Source of the DNA: Verrucomicrobiota bacterium
GTDB lineage: Bacteria > Verrucomicrobiota > Verrucomicrobiia > Limisphaerales > AAA164-E04
Assembly: GCA_047947115.1 (NCBI GenBank)
Contig: CP170459.1
Location: 4,864,001-4,928,000, forward strand
Reading direction: 5' to 3'
Length of the DNA: 64,000 nucleotides
In this document: positions 8,720 to 19,427 of the stretch, in pieces
Layout of the letters: each line of letters starts with the position of its first letter
Numbering within the stretch: position 1 is the first letter of the stretch
The notes under the pieces: model-generated
What the model was told of the DNA's origin: nothing
The model's database searches: none
What the model saw: only the letters and a program-made list of their open reading frames with translations
Translations under genes and position numbers: made by a program

Positions 8720-11389
8720 ATGGCTAAGAAAGCTGCATCACAATCAACATCCGGCGGTTACTGGTGGAAGGCCCTCCTTTTGATGGCCATCCCCTTGCTG
8801 TTGTTGTTCCGACAGGGATTTCAATCCGAAATGGTCCTTTTTTCAAATGACGGTCCCCTTGGCGTGATCAGCGCCGCCGCAGGCGCTCTGCCGGGGACTT
8901 TTTTCGGTTATTGGCACGACTTGAACTGGGTCGGGATGGAAAACCCAAGTGCGCTGCCTGACTTTTCCATGCTGCTTGGCTGGATGATCAGCAACCCGGT
9001 TGTGTACTCCAAAATATATGCTCCTGCGGCTCTGTTATTTCTGGGATTCAGCGCCTGGTTGATGGGGAGATCCCTCAAATGGAACCCCTGGGTTTGTGTG
9101 TTGGTCGGACTGGCCGCGGCTTTGAATTCAAACGCCTTTTCGAACGCCTGCTGGGGACTCCCATCCAGAGCAACCACCATGGCATCCGTCTTCCTGGCAC
9201 TGGCGGCGGTGCATGCCTCGCGTCCGAAACTAGCCATCCTGCGTTATCTGCTGGCCGGATTCGCCATCGGTCATTCCGTTCTGGAGGGATTTGATGTAGG
9301 TGCGCTTTACAGCATCGGTTTCGGGATTTATGTGGTTTATCTAAAGTGGAGCCAAAGCGAAGAAAAAGGCAAGGGAGCGGCAGCGGGACTGGGCACCCTG
9401 GCGTTGATTGTCGTGGCGGCGGGCTGGATGGCTTCGCAGGGCCTGGTCACACTGGTCGGAACCCAGCTGAGCGGGGCCGCCGAAGTGGACGCTGCTGATC
9501 CCAAGGCCACGGAAGCGCAATGGAACTTTGCAACGCAGTGGAGTTTACCAATCAATGAATCCGTCCGCCTTTTCATTCCTGGTGTATTCGGATACCGCAT
9601 GACGAATTTGGACGGCGGCATGACCGAATCCTCCTATTGGGGAGGTGTGGGACGTGACCCCAACTGGCAACCCGGACAATCCCCGATTGGATTGATGCGT
9701 CACTCGGGTTCAGGTGAATATGCCGGACTCCTCGTTATGTTGGTCGCACTGTGGGCCTTTGTGCAGACCTTTCGAAGTGAACAGCCGATTTTCGATCCGA
9801 AACAGAACCTTCTGATCCGGTTCTGGGGAGCCATGGTGGTCGGCGGATTGTTGCTGGCATTCGGCAGACATGCGCCCTTCTTTCAAATCATTTATCCCCT
9901 GCCCTTTATTCATTCCATCCGAAACCCGATCAAGTTCATGCATCTCACGCACCTCGCCTTGGTTGTGTTGTTCGGTTACGGACTTCAGGGACTTTACCGC
10001 TATTACCTGGGAGACGAAGACAAGCAGCCTGCGCCCTTTGGGGATCATCTGCGCAAATGGTGGGCGGATGTGAAAGGCAGCGACCGGACCTGGACCTGGA
10101 CCTTTGCCGTCTTCACCGGTATCAGTGTCATGGCGTGGTTGATCTATTCCTCCTCCAAAGCGGAGATGAGCAATTTTCTTATGACCGTGGGCATCCCCGC
10201 CCAGATGGCGGATCCAATCCATGCATTCAGCGCCGCCGAAGTAGGGATATTTGTGTTCTGGCTGATTGTTTCAGGAGTGGCTTTATCGACCATCCTGAGC
10301 CGTTATTGGTCGAAAGCACAATCCACAAATGTGTTTCTCATGTTGGGCGTGATACTGGTGGTGGATCTGGGGAGGGCCAACATTCCCTGGATTCAATATT
10401 ATGATTATCAATACAAATATGCGACGCATCCGGTATTGGATTTATTAAAAGAGAAACCTTACGAAGGCAGAGTGACCGCCTCCCTGAATCCGTTTGCAGG
10501 CAGTTCGCTTGCCAACCAACAGGGCGGACAATTACTTCCACAGATTTACAACGACTGGTTGCAGCACTCTTTTCCGTTCCACAACGTCCAGAGTCTGGAT
10601 GTCATTCAATGGCCACGCCCTCCAAGAATGGATCTGGATTTTGGAACAGCGTTCGCTCCGGCAGGAAATGGAGATCTGGACAAATACACTCGGCTGTGGG
10701 AATTGACCAGCACCCGTTATATTCTCGGCATGACCGGATACCTCAATTATCTGAACAACAACTTTGATCCGGGCAAGAATCGCTTTCGAGTTCACACACA
10801 ATTCAATTTCGCGCCCAAACCAGGCAAGCAGGTTGACGCGGGATTGGGCGCGGATGATCTGACCACGATCATTCAGACCAACGGCCCCTTTGCGATATTT
10901 GAATTCACGGGAGCCCATCCGCGTGCCAAACTCTACAACTCATGGCAAAGCGCCGGCACAGATCAGGAAGCCCTTGGCACACTATCCAATCCGGAATTCG
11001 ATGTATCCCGAACAGCGCTCATATCGGAAGGCTCGACGGGCACGCAAGCGACACCCTCGCCGGATACGGAACCGGGCGTTGCCGAGATCACTTCCTACGC
11101 TCCGAGAGACATTGAAATCAAATCCAATGCAACGGCACCTTCCCTATTGGTGCTCAACGATCGATACCACCCTGACTGGCATGTCTACATCGACGGAGAA
11201 AGATCTGAAATCCTTCGCAGCAATTACCTGATGCGAGGAGTGTTTGTGCCGGAGGGAGAACACCTGGTCACCTTCAAATTCGAACCGGCAGCCACGGGAC
11301 TCTATGCCGGCGTGATGGCCTGGATCACGGCTCTTGGCATTATTGGAATCGGATGGCAGGAACGCAAACAGGATCCGCCACTTCCTTAA
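8720..11389 (+). CDS. YfhO-like polytopic membrane protein (putative GT-C glycosyltransferase)
   Basis: More than 10 TM segments; C-terminal LVLNDRYHPDWHVYIDG...NYLMRGVFVPEGEHLVTFKF YfhO signature. Confidence 0.8.
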   Translation: MAKKAASQSTSGGYWWKALLLMAIPLLLLFRQGFQSEMVLFSNDGPLGVISAAAGALPGTFFGYWHDLNWVGMENPSALPDFSMLLGWMISNPVVYSKIYAPAALLFLGFSAWLMGRSLKWNPWVCVLVGLAAALNSNAFSNACWGLPSRATTMASVFLALAAVHASRPKLAILRYLLAGFAIGHSVLEGFDVGALYSIGFGIYVVYLKWSQSEEKGKGAAAGLGTLALIVVAAGWMASQGLVTLVGTQLSGAAEVDAADPKATEAQWNFATQWSLPINESVRLFIPGVFGYRMTNLDGGMTESSYWGGVGRDPNWQPGQSPIGLMRHSGSGEYAGLLVMLVALWAFVQTFRSEQPIFDPKQNLLIRFWGAMVVGGLLLAFGRHAPFFQIIYPLPFIHSIRNPIKFMHLTHLALVVLFGYGLQGLYRYYLGDEDKQPAPFGDHLRKWWADVKGSDRTWTWTFAVFTGISVMAWLIYSSSKAEMSNFLMTVGIPAQMADPIHAFSAAEVGIFVFWLIVSGVALSTILSRYWSKAQSTNVFLMLGVILVVDLGRANIPWIQYYDYQYKYATHPVLDLLKEKPYEGRVTASLNPFAGSSLANQQGGQLLPQIYNDWLQHSFPFHNVQSLDVIQWPRPPRMDLDFGTAFAPAGNGDLDKYTRLWELTSTRYILGMTGYLNYLNNNFDPGKNRFRVHTQFNFAPKPGKQVDAGLGADDLTTIIQTNGPFAIFEFTGAHPRAKLYNSWQSAGTDQEALGTLSNPEFDVSRTALISEGSTGTQATPSPDTEPGVAEITSYAPRDIEIKSNATAPSLLVLNDRYHPDWHVYIDGERSEILRSNYLMRGVFVPEGEHLVTFKFEPAATGLYAGVMAWITALGIIGIGWQERKQDPPLP

Positions 11390-13158
11390 GGATCACATGA
11401 GTTCAAAGCTCTGTCCCCCATTCCAACAGGAGGCAGAAAGAACGTGGACACGCTGAGCTTGTCGAGCTGGAAACCGTCCTCCCGAAACGCCAGAGTGAGG
11501 GTGTGAGGCCCGGATTCCAATGCGTGCTTTTCCATGGTGATCCATTGCCAACCGCTGGTGCCAAGACCATTGCGGGTGATGAATTCGCCGTCATCGATTT
11601 TATACCAGCAAGAGTCATCGTCGGCAGAAGGACAATTCAGACGGGCAAACACGGTAAAGAGGCCGTCACGATCCAGATTGAAAGGAATGATCACGTGATT
11701 TTCGCTTCCATCGGGAGCTGTCTGTGGACTTTGGAGCCCCGGTTTTGGGGTAACATATTTTCCACCTGAAGTCTGAGAATCGCTTCCCACAACCCAGTTG
11801 CCTCCGACAGCGGCGCATTCCGCCTCGAGCGTCATGGTATAGGCATTGGAAGCACCAGGGAACTCGGGTTTTCCGCTCCCCCACCAGGCGAACCAGCGGG
11901 ATGCGTCCACCCCTTCAAATGAATGAGTGGTTACGAGCGTGTCAGCCTGGGAGTCTCCCAACAAAAATTTATCAATGAATGCCTCCACCTCAGGTCGCTG
12001 ACTTTCGGGTAATCGGCAATGTCCATGTTCATCGACAATGGAAAACCCAAAGCGATCCCCGATTCCAAAGGTCTGCCAGACCTCGTGGGCGGCCCGGCAG
12101 GAGACATATCCGGATTCTTCAGCCAACCATTGATAATCCGGATTCCCCAAAACGAGCAACGCTCTGGGAGCCACCATGGCCATGAGTTCATGATGATCCA
12201 TCGGAAGTTTCCAGACATTGCCACCTGAAAACTGAAACATGCTTTCCATGAACCAGGCATGACTGGTCGCCCCGAGTTTCTCCACATTGCCGAGTGTCTC
12301 AGACACACGCCATGCCGCCGCTCCGCCACCTCCGGGTTCCTGAGCGATGGTCAGGGCGATCCGTTCATCAAATGCCCCGGCAAACAAGGACATTTTTCCG
12401 GCAAAAGAACATCCCGTGATGGCAAGATGTTTCAAATCAATGGGAAATTGATCCTGCACCAGCTCCAATCAATCGATCAAACGACTCACGCCCCACGACC
12501 AGGCACTGTAAGCTCCCATATGGACCAGATCAGGATAAAGCCGGTTAATGGGTTCTTCGCCGCGTTTTTGAGTATGACTCATGACCTGCCTGAAATCGTA
12601 GGCAATCCGGGCTATCCTCCGGTTGGCAAACATATCCGAAGGCAGACTGCCCGTGTCTCGACCAATCCCGATGACCGCAGGAAACGGTCCGTCTCCTTCC
12701 GGGAGTGCTATTTGCGAAGTCAGGGTAAGGGTTTGATCATTCACCGTGATGTTTACCGTGAGGGTACCATGGTTGAAGTCTGCCTGAATGTTTTCCGGGC
12801 GCCCTGGCTTCGGTCCGATTTCGTAATGTTCCATCTCCGCCTTAATCTCGGCGCGCCGCCGTGGCCAGTCCTCGAATCGGGTCGAACGCCCGCTGCCATC
12901 AGACCACGCAAACGGATCGGTCAGAGGAACAATGGCCGGTAATTCATCCAAAGCAGGAAAAAGCGGCAAAGGAAACCCAGCGCCTGTGTGCTCTGCTCCG
13001 TAAACCAAAGGAATGGAATCCTGCAAATCATCGACAAGCTCCTGAGCCACCGCACCCCCATGAAACAAACCTGAAACCATGGCGAGCATGCCAAAAGTGG
13101 ACGCAAGCCGGTTAAGACGGATGAGGGATATCCAGGAAATGCAATATGCTTTTATCAT
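11386..13158 (-). pseudogene. CE15 glucuronoyl-esterase-family protein with a C-terminal CBM-like domain, interrupted by one in-frame TGA at 12469-12471
   Basis: ORFs 12469..13212 and 11386..12468 are in the same frame: AWSWGVSRLID*LELVQ...TGCSFAGK...AQEPGGGG...DHHELMAMVAPR; CBM-like EAE domain at the C-terminus; start position approximate. Confidence 0.85.
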
Positions 13159-13267
13159 GAGATTCGGCTTTGGGTGTGCCGACAAAATGATGCAACGCAC
13201 TTCGGAACGCAATCTGAATCCTGTTTATACAAGCTCCGCAAGCTTCAAGAAAACTTCCCAACCTGAA

Positions 13268-14050
13268 TCAATCACGCTTGCGAACATCACGGCAGATCCC
13301 CCGTTCAGAACCCTGAATAAAGACCAGAACATCCTGGCATGGTTTCGAGGTAAACATTTCCAATCCCTGAATCACCGCTTCACTCAGACGCAAATCACCG
13401 GAGTGAAGAAAACGATATAGCCGCTTGAGTTCGGTACGTTCGTCGACACTGAATCCGGCACGTCTCAATCCAACGGTATTCAGCCCGCACACGGTGTTGT
13501 TGGACATGGCCATCATGTACGGCGGCAGATCTTTGCTAATACCGGCCCCGCCCTGCATCATGGCCAGCGTTCCGATCCGGGCAAACTGGTGCACCATGCA
13601 GTTTCCCGAGATGAAGGCACGGTCCTCAATCACGACGTGACCCGCGATCAAGGCGCCGTTGGCAAAGGTATTGTGGTTTCCAATGTGACAATTGTGTCCC
13701 ACGTGCGAATGGGCCATGAAAAAATTCCCGTCACCGATGACGGTATCTTCTTCCAGACTGTTGGAACGATGGACCGTGACGTGCTCGCGAAAGACATTTT
13801 TAGAACCGATCCTCAATCGGGTAGGCTCCTCACCATACTTCAAATCCTGAGGTGCATCCCCGATGACCGCACCTGCATGAAACCGGCAGCCTTCCCCTGC
13901 TTCGAGGTCACCGGTCAAATGTACGTGCGGACCGACCTCGCAGTCAGGCCCCAGACGAACAGCCTCGTCAATCACGGCAAAAGCACCCACCCGAACGGAC
14001 GGATGCAGTTCGGCATCGGGATGCACAACAGCGGTGGAATGTATCAACAT
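13268..14050 (-). CDS. lpxA: Acyl-ACP--UDP-N-acetylglucosamine O-acyltransferase
   Basis: IHSTAVVHP hexapeptide start; GDAPQDLKY; REHVTVHR; HVGHNC; VHQFARIG; GLNTVGLRRAGF. Confidence 0.93.
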   Translation of the reverse strand: MLIHSTAVVHPDAELHPSVRVGAFAVIDEAVRLGPDCEVGPHVHLTGDLEAGEGCRFHAGAVIGDAPQDLKYGEEPTRLRIGSKNVFREHVTVHRSNSLEEDTVIGDGNFFMAHSHVGHNCHIGNHNTFANGALIAGHVVIEDRAFISGNCMVHQFARIGTLAMMQGGAGISKDLPPYMMAMSNNTVCGLNTVGLRRAGFSVDERTELKRLYRFLHSGDLRLSEAVIQGLEMFTSKPCQDVLVFIQGSERGICRDVRKRD

Positions 14051-14053
14051 GCC

Positions 14054-14764
14054 TCAACTGTAAAAATATCCGAGCTCACGTAAAGAAGCGAAATCACGGG
14101 AGCGCTCTTCGGTTGCCTGACCGAGGATGACATGATCCAGCACATCAATGCGCAACACCTTCCCGGCCCGGATCAAATCACGCGTCACCTTGATATCCGC
14201 TTCCGACGGGGTTGGATCTCCTGACGGATGGTTATGAGCCAGAACGATGGCCGAAGCATGGTGCGCCACGGCCGGGCGAAACACCTCCCGCGGATGAATC
14301 AGTACGGAATCCAGAGTGCCTTGGGTGATCTCCACCACACGAATCAACTTGCGACGCGTATTCAGCAGCACGACCTGAAAATGCTCCACTTCCCGCATCC
14401 GGGCCTCTTCACGCAACAAATCGGCCACCCGTTCGGGTGTGTCCAGCATGGGAGCATCCGACTGGATCTCCCTGGCCATCCGCTGTGCCAGCGTAAACCC
14501 CGCCTTCAGGGTCACCGCCTTGTCCGGCCCCACGCCCGGAATCTGACGCAATTCCTGCAGGCTCGCTTTGGCCAGGCGATGCAGAGACCCAAAAGCCCGT
14601 ATCAACTGTTCAGAAACATGTATGGCGCTACGCCCCTTGAGCCCGGTCCTCAGCAGGATGGCGATCAAATCGGTATTATCCAAAGCATCCGCCCCGATTT
14701 CTATCAAACGTTCTCTGGGACGTTCTTTAAGTGGTAAATCCTTGATGCGTACACTGTGAGTCAT
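14054..14764 (-). CDS. radC: RadC (JAB domain) protein
   Basis: ERPRERL; HhH motif GVGPDKA; HPREVF; HNHPSGDPTPSEAD; LDHVI. Confidence 0.95.
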   Translation of the reverse strand: MTHSVRIKDLPLKERPRERLIEIGADALDNTDLIAILLRTGLKGRSAIHVSEQLIRAFGSLHRLAKASLQELRQIPGVGPDKAVTLKAGFTLAQRMAREIQSDAPMLDTPERVADLLREEARMREVEHFQVVLLNTRRKLIRVVEITQGTLDSVLIHPREVFRPAVAHHASAIVLAHNHPSGDPTPSEADIKVTRDLIRAGKVLRIDVLDHVILGQATEERSRDFASLRELGYFYS

Positions 14765-15247
14765 ATCCCCCTATCACAATCAAACGAATGGAAAAGAGCA
14801 AACCTACGCAGCTCCATCGGATCAAATAATCCAAGTAATCGAAGGTCGCCTTTTCAGAGTTTTCACCGCTTCGGAATCGAAATACCACGAAAATGGACCA
14901 TCACGGTGTGCATCGCATCATCGGGAACTCGACCGACCATGGCCCAAGTGACCCATGATCCAATCCCATCCAGAAAGCGGTAACTTTTTGTTAAAGCTTC
15001 CGTCAAACTTCCGAGTCATCAGATGGACTTACTCTCAACCTTCAACCAACGGGTGGTCAGTCAACAACCAAGCAGTTTCGAGCTTACAGGAGGGCCGAAA
15101 TATATGGGCTGGCGTGTGGGACGGTCCAGACACCAACAGGAGGGTGCTATGATAACAACAAGGAGAATTCCAATTTTTTTGGAAGCAGTTGGATTGTGTC
15201 CGGGACCATCGGAAAAAGAAGCCCCAGGGAGGACTGGGAAATCTGCC

Positions 15248-15931
15248 ATGTTGAGCCGGCAGAGCCTCATATACATATTCAGGTGGGCGATGCTTGGCTG
15301 GATGATCTGGTTTTCGGTCGAAAAGTCAGTCGCCCAACAAAGCTGGCTTGTACCGTTACGTCCGGAAACCATCCGTCGATCAGCGCCCCCCGCACTGGCG
15401 AGGGTTCCGAACGCTTCGGAAACCGGTTCCATACCGGATCATTCTGAAGAAAAGGAAATCAGAGGAGCTTTCGGTTTCGCACTGGGCGAAAAGGTGGATC
15501 CAAGGTTCAAGTTATATCATGACAGCCATGAGAAGGATCTGCCCTATTACAAGATCACGCCCGAGCTGACATTGACGGAAAAGATATCCATCGATTACCG
15601 GGTCCTGTTAACTCCCGGCGAGAAGAGGGTGGCCTTGATCAGAGCCAAGTGCATTTTGGAATCATTTCACGATGTCCGATCCTTTTCGCAGCGGATTCAG
15701 GAATTGATTTTGACAAAATACGGCAAAGGGACGCAGCACATCCAACCAACCAAGTTTGGTCGGAAATGGTATTATTCCAAATCAAAGCAACCAACGGTTT
15801 CCATCAGCATTGAAGAGGACTCCACCACTGGAATCGTTTATATTCAGTACTCTGATGAAGCACTTGTCAGCGAAATCAGACGGGATGTGTGGGAAAAAAG
15901 AGTGGGGAAATTCAATCTTTCGGGGCTGTAA
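15248..15931 (+). CDS. Hypothetical exported protein (start uncertain; ORF open from 15023)
   Basis: Hydrophobic signal-like segment ending SVA-QQ; globular C-terminal part; no family recognised. Confidence 0.6.
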   Translation: MLSRQSLIYIFRWAMLGWMIWFSVEKSVAQQSWLVPLRPETIRRSAPPALARVPNASETGSIPDHSEEKEIRGAFGFALGEKVDPRFKLYHDSHEKDLPYYKITPELTLTEKISIDYRVLLTPGEKRVALIRAKCILESFHDVRSFSQRIQELILTKYGKGTQHIQPTKFGRKWYYSKSKQPTVSISIEEDSTTGIVYIQYSDEALVSEIRRDVWEKRVGKFNLSGL

Positions 15932-16011
15932 GCAGCCTCGCAGGACGGATCCTTCCTGCAAGACTCAAGTGTATGGCTGCTGATTTCCGGCAGATCGTTC
16001 AGCACCGCAGA

Positions 16012-16845
16012 TCATTTGTCCTTGCTACCCCGGGTGATAATGTAGCCGCCCGATTTTTCATCGCGGGTGAATCCAATGTGACCATTTTTTCCGGCGTCCT
16101 CCACCAGGTCACCAAATGATCTGTAACCATAATAAGATTCCGTGAATCCCGGTTTCCTCCGCTTCAGCGCTTCCTTAACCATGGAACCCCAAATTTTATC
16201 TCCCTCTCCCCGGTCCTGGAGCAAAGCTTCATACGTCTCGGCTATCAGCATCCAGGCTTCTTTTTTATTGATGATCTCGTCTGCCTTGGCGGATTCATCC
16301 ACCTTGACGGCTTTTTTGGATTTCTTTGAAGTAGAAGGCTTCGACGGAGGTGTGGTTTGTCGGCTTGCTTTACGACGGACAAGGTCATCATAAAACACAA
16401 ACTCGTCGCAATTCGATATGAGCAGATCCGAGGTGGAATTCTTGACCCCCACACCAACCACACGCTTGTTGTTCTCACGCAACTTGCTGACCAACGGTGA
16501 AAAATCCGAATCACCGCTGATGATAACAAAGGTATCCACGTGCTGCTTGGTATAACAGAGATCCAACGCATCCACCACCAACCGGATATCTGCAGAATTT
16601 TTGCCGGATTGACGCAGGTGTGGAATTTCGATCAATTCAAAAGAGGCTTCGTGCATCAACGATTTGTATTCGCGATAGCGAGCCCAATCGCAGTATGCCT
16701 TTTTGACGACGATATTGCCCTTTAGCAAAAACCGCTCAATGATCTTTTGAATCTGAAAACCATCGTACTTGGCATCTTTAACCCCGAGGGCAATGTTTTC
16801 GAAATCGCAAAAGAGAGCGATAATTTGAGTAGCTGAAGTTGTCAT
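16012..16845 (-). CDS. NYN-domain (LabA/PIN-like) protein with C-terminal OST-HTH/LOTUS domain
   Basis: ALFCDFEN; GKNSADIRLVVDA; SGDSDFSPL; PGFTESYYGYRSF. Confidence 0.92.
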   Translation of the reverse strand: MTTSATQIIALFCDFENIALGVKDAKYDGFQIQKIIERFLLKGNIVVKKAYCDWARYREYKSLMHEASFELIEIPHLRQSGKNSADIRLVVDALDLCYTKQHVDTFVIISGDSDFSPLVSKLRENNKRVVGVGVKNSTSDLLISNCDEFVFYDDLVRRKASRQTTPPSKPSTSKKSKKAVKVDESAKADEIINKKEAWMLIAETYEALLQDRGEGDKIWGSMVKEALKRRKPGFTESYYGYRSFGDLVEDAGKNGHIGFTRDEKSGGYIITRGSKDK

Positions 16846-17124
16846 AATGAAGCATGCACACCCGCAATTGAGTTCCTTGCGGATCTTTGTGGACCGCTGC
16901 CCCTAATCTGGATGAATTCCAGGCGGTTTCAACCAAATTCATCCTGTATTTTGAGTTCTATTCAGAACGCGTGATTGACGGCAGAACCCGACCTGACCTT
17001 TTGCTTCAACAAGGAGCAAGGTGCGATCAGTCACACCCCCCCAAACCCACAAAAGAACTTCGAAAGAAATTTGTATTTTCCATTAGGTTTTCGGAGGTGA
17101 TTCGGCGTATTATGCCTTTTTTGA

Positions 17125-19152
17125 ATGAAGCCAACTCTATTCTCTGAACTGGGACTTTCTCCCGAAATCGAAAAAGCGATCAAAAAGCTCGGATTCGAGC
17201 AGGCCTCCCCCATCCAGGCGGCGGCCATACCTGTCCTGATGGAAGGCAAAGATGTCGTGGGTCAATCACAAACAGGTTCCGGTAAAACGGCAGCCTTTGG
17301 CATCCCAGCCATAGAAAAGACCGATCCGAAACTCAAAGCGGTGCAGGTGCTGATCCTGTGCCCCACCCGTGAACTGGCGGTTCAGGTTTCCGAGGAGCTT
17401 CACAAGCTCAGTTACTATCAGAAAGCCATCACCTGCCTCCCCATTTACGGAGGCCAGTCGTATGAACGTCAATTCGTCGGGCTGCGCAAGGGGGCCCAGA
17501 TCGTTGTGGGCACGCCGGGACGCGTGATGGATCATATGGAGCGCGGCACCCTGCAGCTGGACCAGCTCCACACCATGATTCTGGATGAAGCGGACGTGAT
17601 GCTGAACATGGGATTCCGGGAAGATATTGAAATCATCCTGGGTTCACTCCCAAAAGAACGTCAGACGGTCTTCTTCTCAGCAACCATGCCCCAACCGATC
17701 CGGAATTTGATCGAAAAATTCGCCCGGAATCCGGAAAGCATCAAGATGAAACAGCAATCCATGACGGTGCCGACGGTGGAACAGTCATTTTTCGAAGTGC
17801 ATCGCCGCTTGAAAATCGAGTTGCTGACGAGACTGATCGACATCCATGACCTGAAACTGGGCATCATCTTCTGCAATACCAAGGCAATGGTCGATGAACT
17901 GGTGGAACATCTGGTCGCTCAAGGCTACCAGGCCGACCGTCTGCACGGGGACATGAGTCAGCAACAGCGGGACCGGGTCATGAACCGTTTTCGCAAATCC
18001 AGTCTTGAATTTCTAGTCGCCACGGATGTGGCAGCTCGGGGGATTGATGTCGACGACGTCGAGATCGTGATCAATTATGACATTCCCTATGATCCGGAGG
18101 ATTACGTTCATCGAATTGGACGCACAGGGCGGGCAGGTCGCAACGGCTTGGCGATGTCGTTTGTTTCGGGACGGGAAGTTTTTCGGATCAAAAACATTGA
18201 ACGCTTCACCGGCACCCACATTCGACGCACCAAGGTCCCGACCCTCCAGGACGTTGGGGAAGCCCGCAACAGCCACGTGCTGAACCGCGTCCGGGACACT
18301 TTGAGAGAGGCAAACTTCCGAAGTCAGGAACCCTTGGTGGAAAGGTTATTGGAAGAAGGATACACCTCCACCGACATTGCCGCGGCACTTCTTTACCAGC
18401 TACAGAACGGAGAATCCAATCTGGTCAAGGAAGGACAACCGGACCCTTTCGCAGAACAACCCGACCGACGCAGCACGGGAAGTGACCGACGACAAGATTC
18501 CTACCGTGAGACACGACAGGATCAAGATCATCGCAGAGAGGAACGCGGCAGTTTTCGGGAAAGACAGGGAAGGACGGGTGACCCGCGCTTTAGAAACAGG
18601 GATGATCGTCGAGGATGGGAAGACCGAAGCGCTACCCCCCGTCATCCGGCAAAAAGAAATCAGGACACAAAACCGAACGAAACCCGTAAACCAGTGCGGG
18701 CTGAAAAACACACGGCCAAACCAGAACAAAGAGCCGATGCTCCCGCCCGCAAAAATCAAGGGCCCTCGGAGTCCCTACCACCTTCATTGAGACAGAAAAG
18801 CCCGACGGAATCACCGTCGAAGCCGGAAGCCACCATCAAGACAGAAGCACGCAAGGCAACTCCTCAAACGGAACCTAAAGCCAGACCCACCCCCCCTGCT
18901 CCAACAAAAAAAGGAAACCAGGGAACGCGGCGGTTCCGTTTAAGTATCGGCAAAGAAGAAGGCATATCCTCGGAACAACTGCGGGAAGCCATCTTCAAAC
19001 TGACAGGCGTTCCAGAAAATGCCCTGGGCAAAATCGAGGTGCAGTCGAAAGGATCGATCATCGAAGTCTCCTCGGATCAGGCCGAATGGACCGCCATGAA
19101 AATGAAGCGCGCCCTCATCGCCGGCAAACGAATCAAGGCAAAATTACTCTAA
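17125..19152 (+). CDS. deaD: DEAD-box ATP-dependent RNA helicase (DeaD/CsdA-like) with C-terminal DbpA-type RNA-binding domain
   Basis: Q motif; QTGSGKT; PTRELA; DEAD; SAT; HRIGRTGRAG; long charged linker. Confidence 0.92.
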   Translation: MKPTLFSELGLSPEIEKAIKKLGFEQASPIQAAAIPVLMEGKDVVGQSQTGSGKTAAFGIPAIEKTDPKLKAVQVLILCPTRELAVQVSEELHKLSYYQKAITCLPIYGGQSYERQFVGLRKGAQIVVGTPGRVMDHMERGTLQLDQLHTMILDEADVMLNMGFREDIEIILGSLPKERQTVFFSATMPQPIRNLIEKFARNPESIKMKQQSMTVPTVEQSFFEVHRRLKIELLTRLIDIHDLKLGIIFCNTKAMVDELVEHLVAQGYQADRLHGDMSQQQRDRVMNRFRKSSLEFLVATDVAARGIDVDDVEIVINYDIPYDPEDYVHRIGRTGRAGRNGLAMSFVSGREVFRIKNIERFTGTHIRRTKVPTLQDVGEARNSHVLNRVRDTLREANFRSQEPLVERLLEEGYTSTDIAAALLYQLQNGESNLVKEGQPDPFAEQPDRRSTGSDRRQDSYRETRQDQDHRREERGSFRERQGRTGDPRFRNRDDRRGWEDRSATPRHPAKRNQDTKPNETRKPVRAEKHTAKPEQRADAPARKNQGPSESLPPSLRQKSPTESPSKPEATIKTEARKATPQTEPKARPTPPAPTKKGNQGTRRFRLSIGKEEGISSEQLREAIFKLTGVPENALGKIEVQSKGSIIEVSSDQAEWTAMKMKRALIAGKRIKAKLL

Positions 19153-19244
19153 GGTCCTGGGATTCGAACCATGTCTCATCCAGTAAATTTGATTACGTAT
19201 TGAGTTGACAAGTTTACCAGGAGTCATGTAACAAGCTTGGCAGC

Positions 19245-19313
19245 ATGAATTGGACACTGACAGCCCTACTGAATGAATTGCTACTTACCGGTAGCGAAGC
19301 AGCAGGGGTCTGA
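19245..19313 (+). CDS. leuL: leu operon leader peptide MNWTLTALLNELLLTGSEAAGV (22 aa, 6 Leu)
   Basis: ATG 19245 to TGA 19311-13; Leu codons CTG, CTA, CTG, TTG, CTA, CTT; directly upstream of a terminator and leuA; TTGACA at 19205-19210. Confidence 0.85.
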   Translation: MNWTLTALLNELLLTGSEAAGV

Positions 19314-19376
19314 TTCTTAACGACAGAATTTTCCGAAACCCCGCTGCCTTTTACCCGGCAGCGGGGTTTTTGTTTT
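19299..19376 (+). promoter_or_regulatory. Transcription attenuator (antiterminator/terminator) of leuA
   Basis: Terminator stem aaaccccgctgcc (19336-48)/ggcagcggggttt (19357-69) plus T tract; gcagcaggggt (19299-309) can alternatively pair with accccgctgc (19338-47). Confidence 0.87.
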
Positions 19377-19427
19377 CCTGCGGCGGGTTTTGTCGTTACA
19401 ACTAGAACAAACAATAGATAAAAATAC

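Noticed and set aside
12469..12471. Alternative genetic code (TGA=Gly/Trp) or selenocysteine
   Set aside because: TGA ends well-conserved genes in this window at the expected positions, and the site is not a Cys position
14054..14764. radC as a marker of a mobile or anti-defence island
   Set aside because: Full-length chromosomal-type RadC in a housekeeping context, with no integrase nearby
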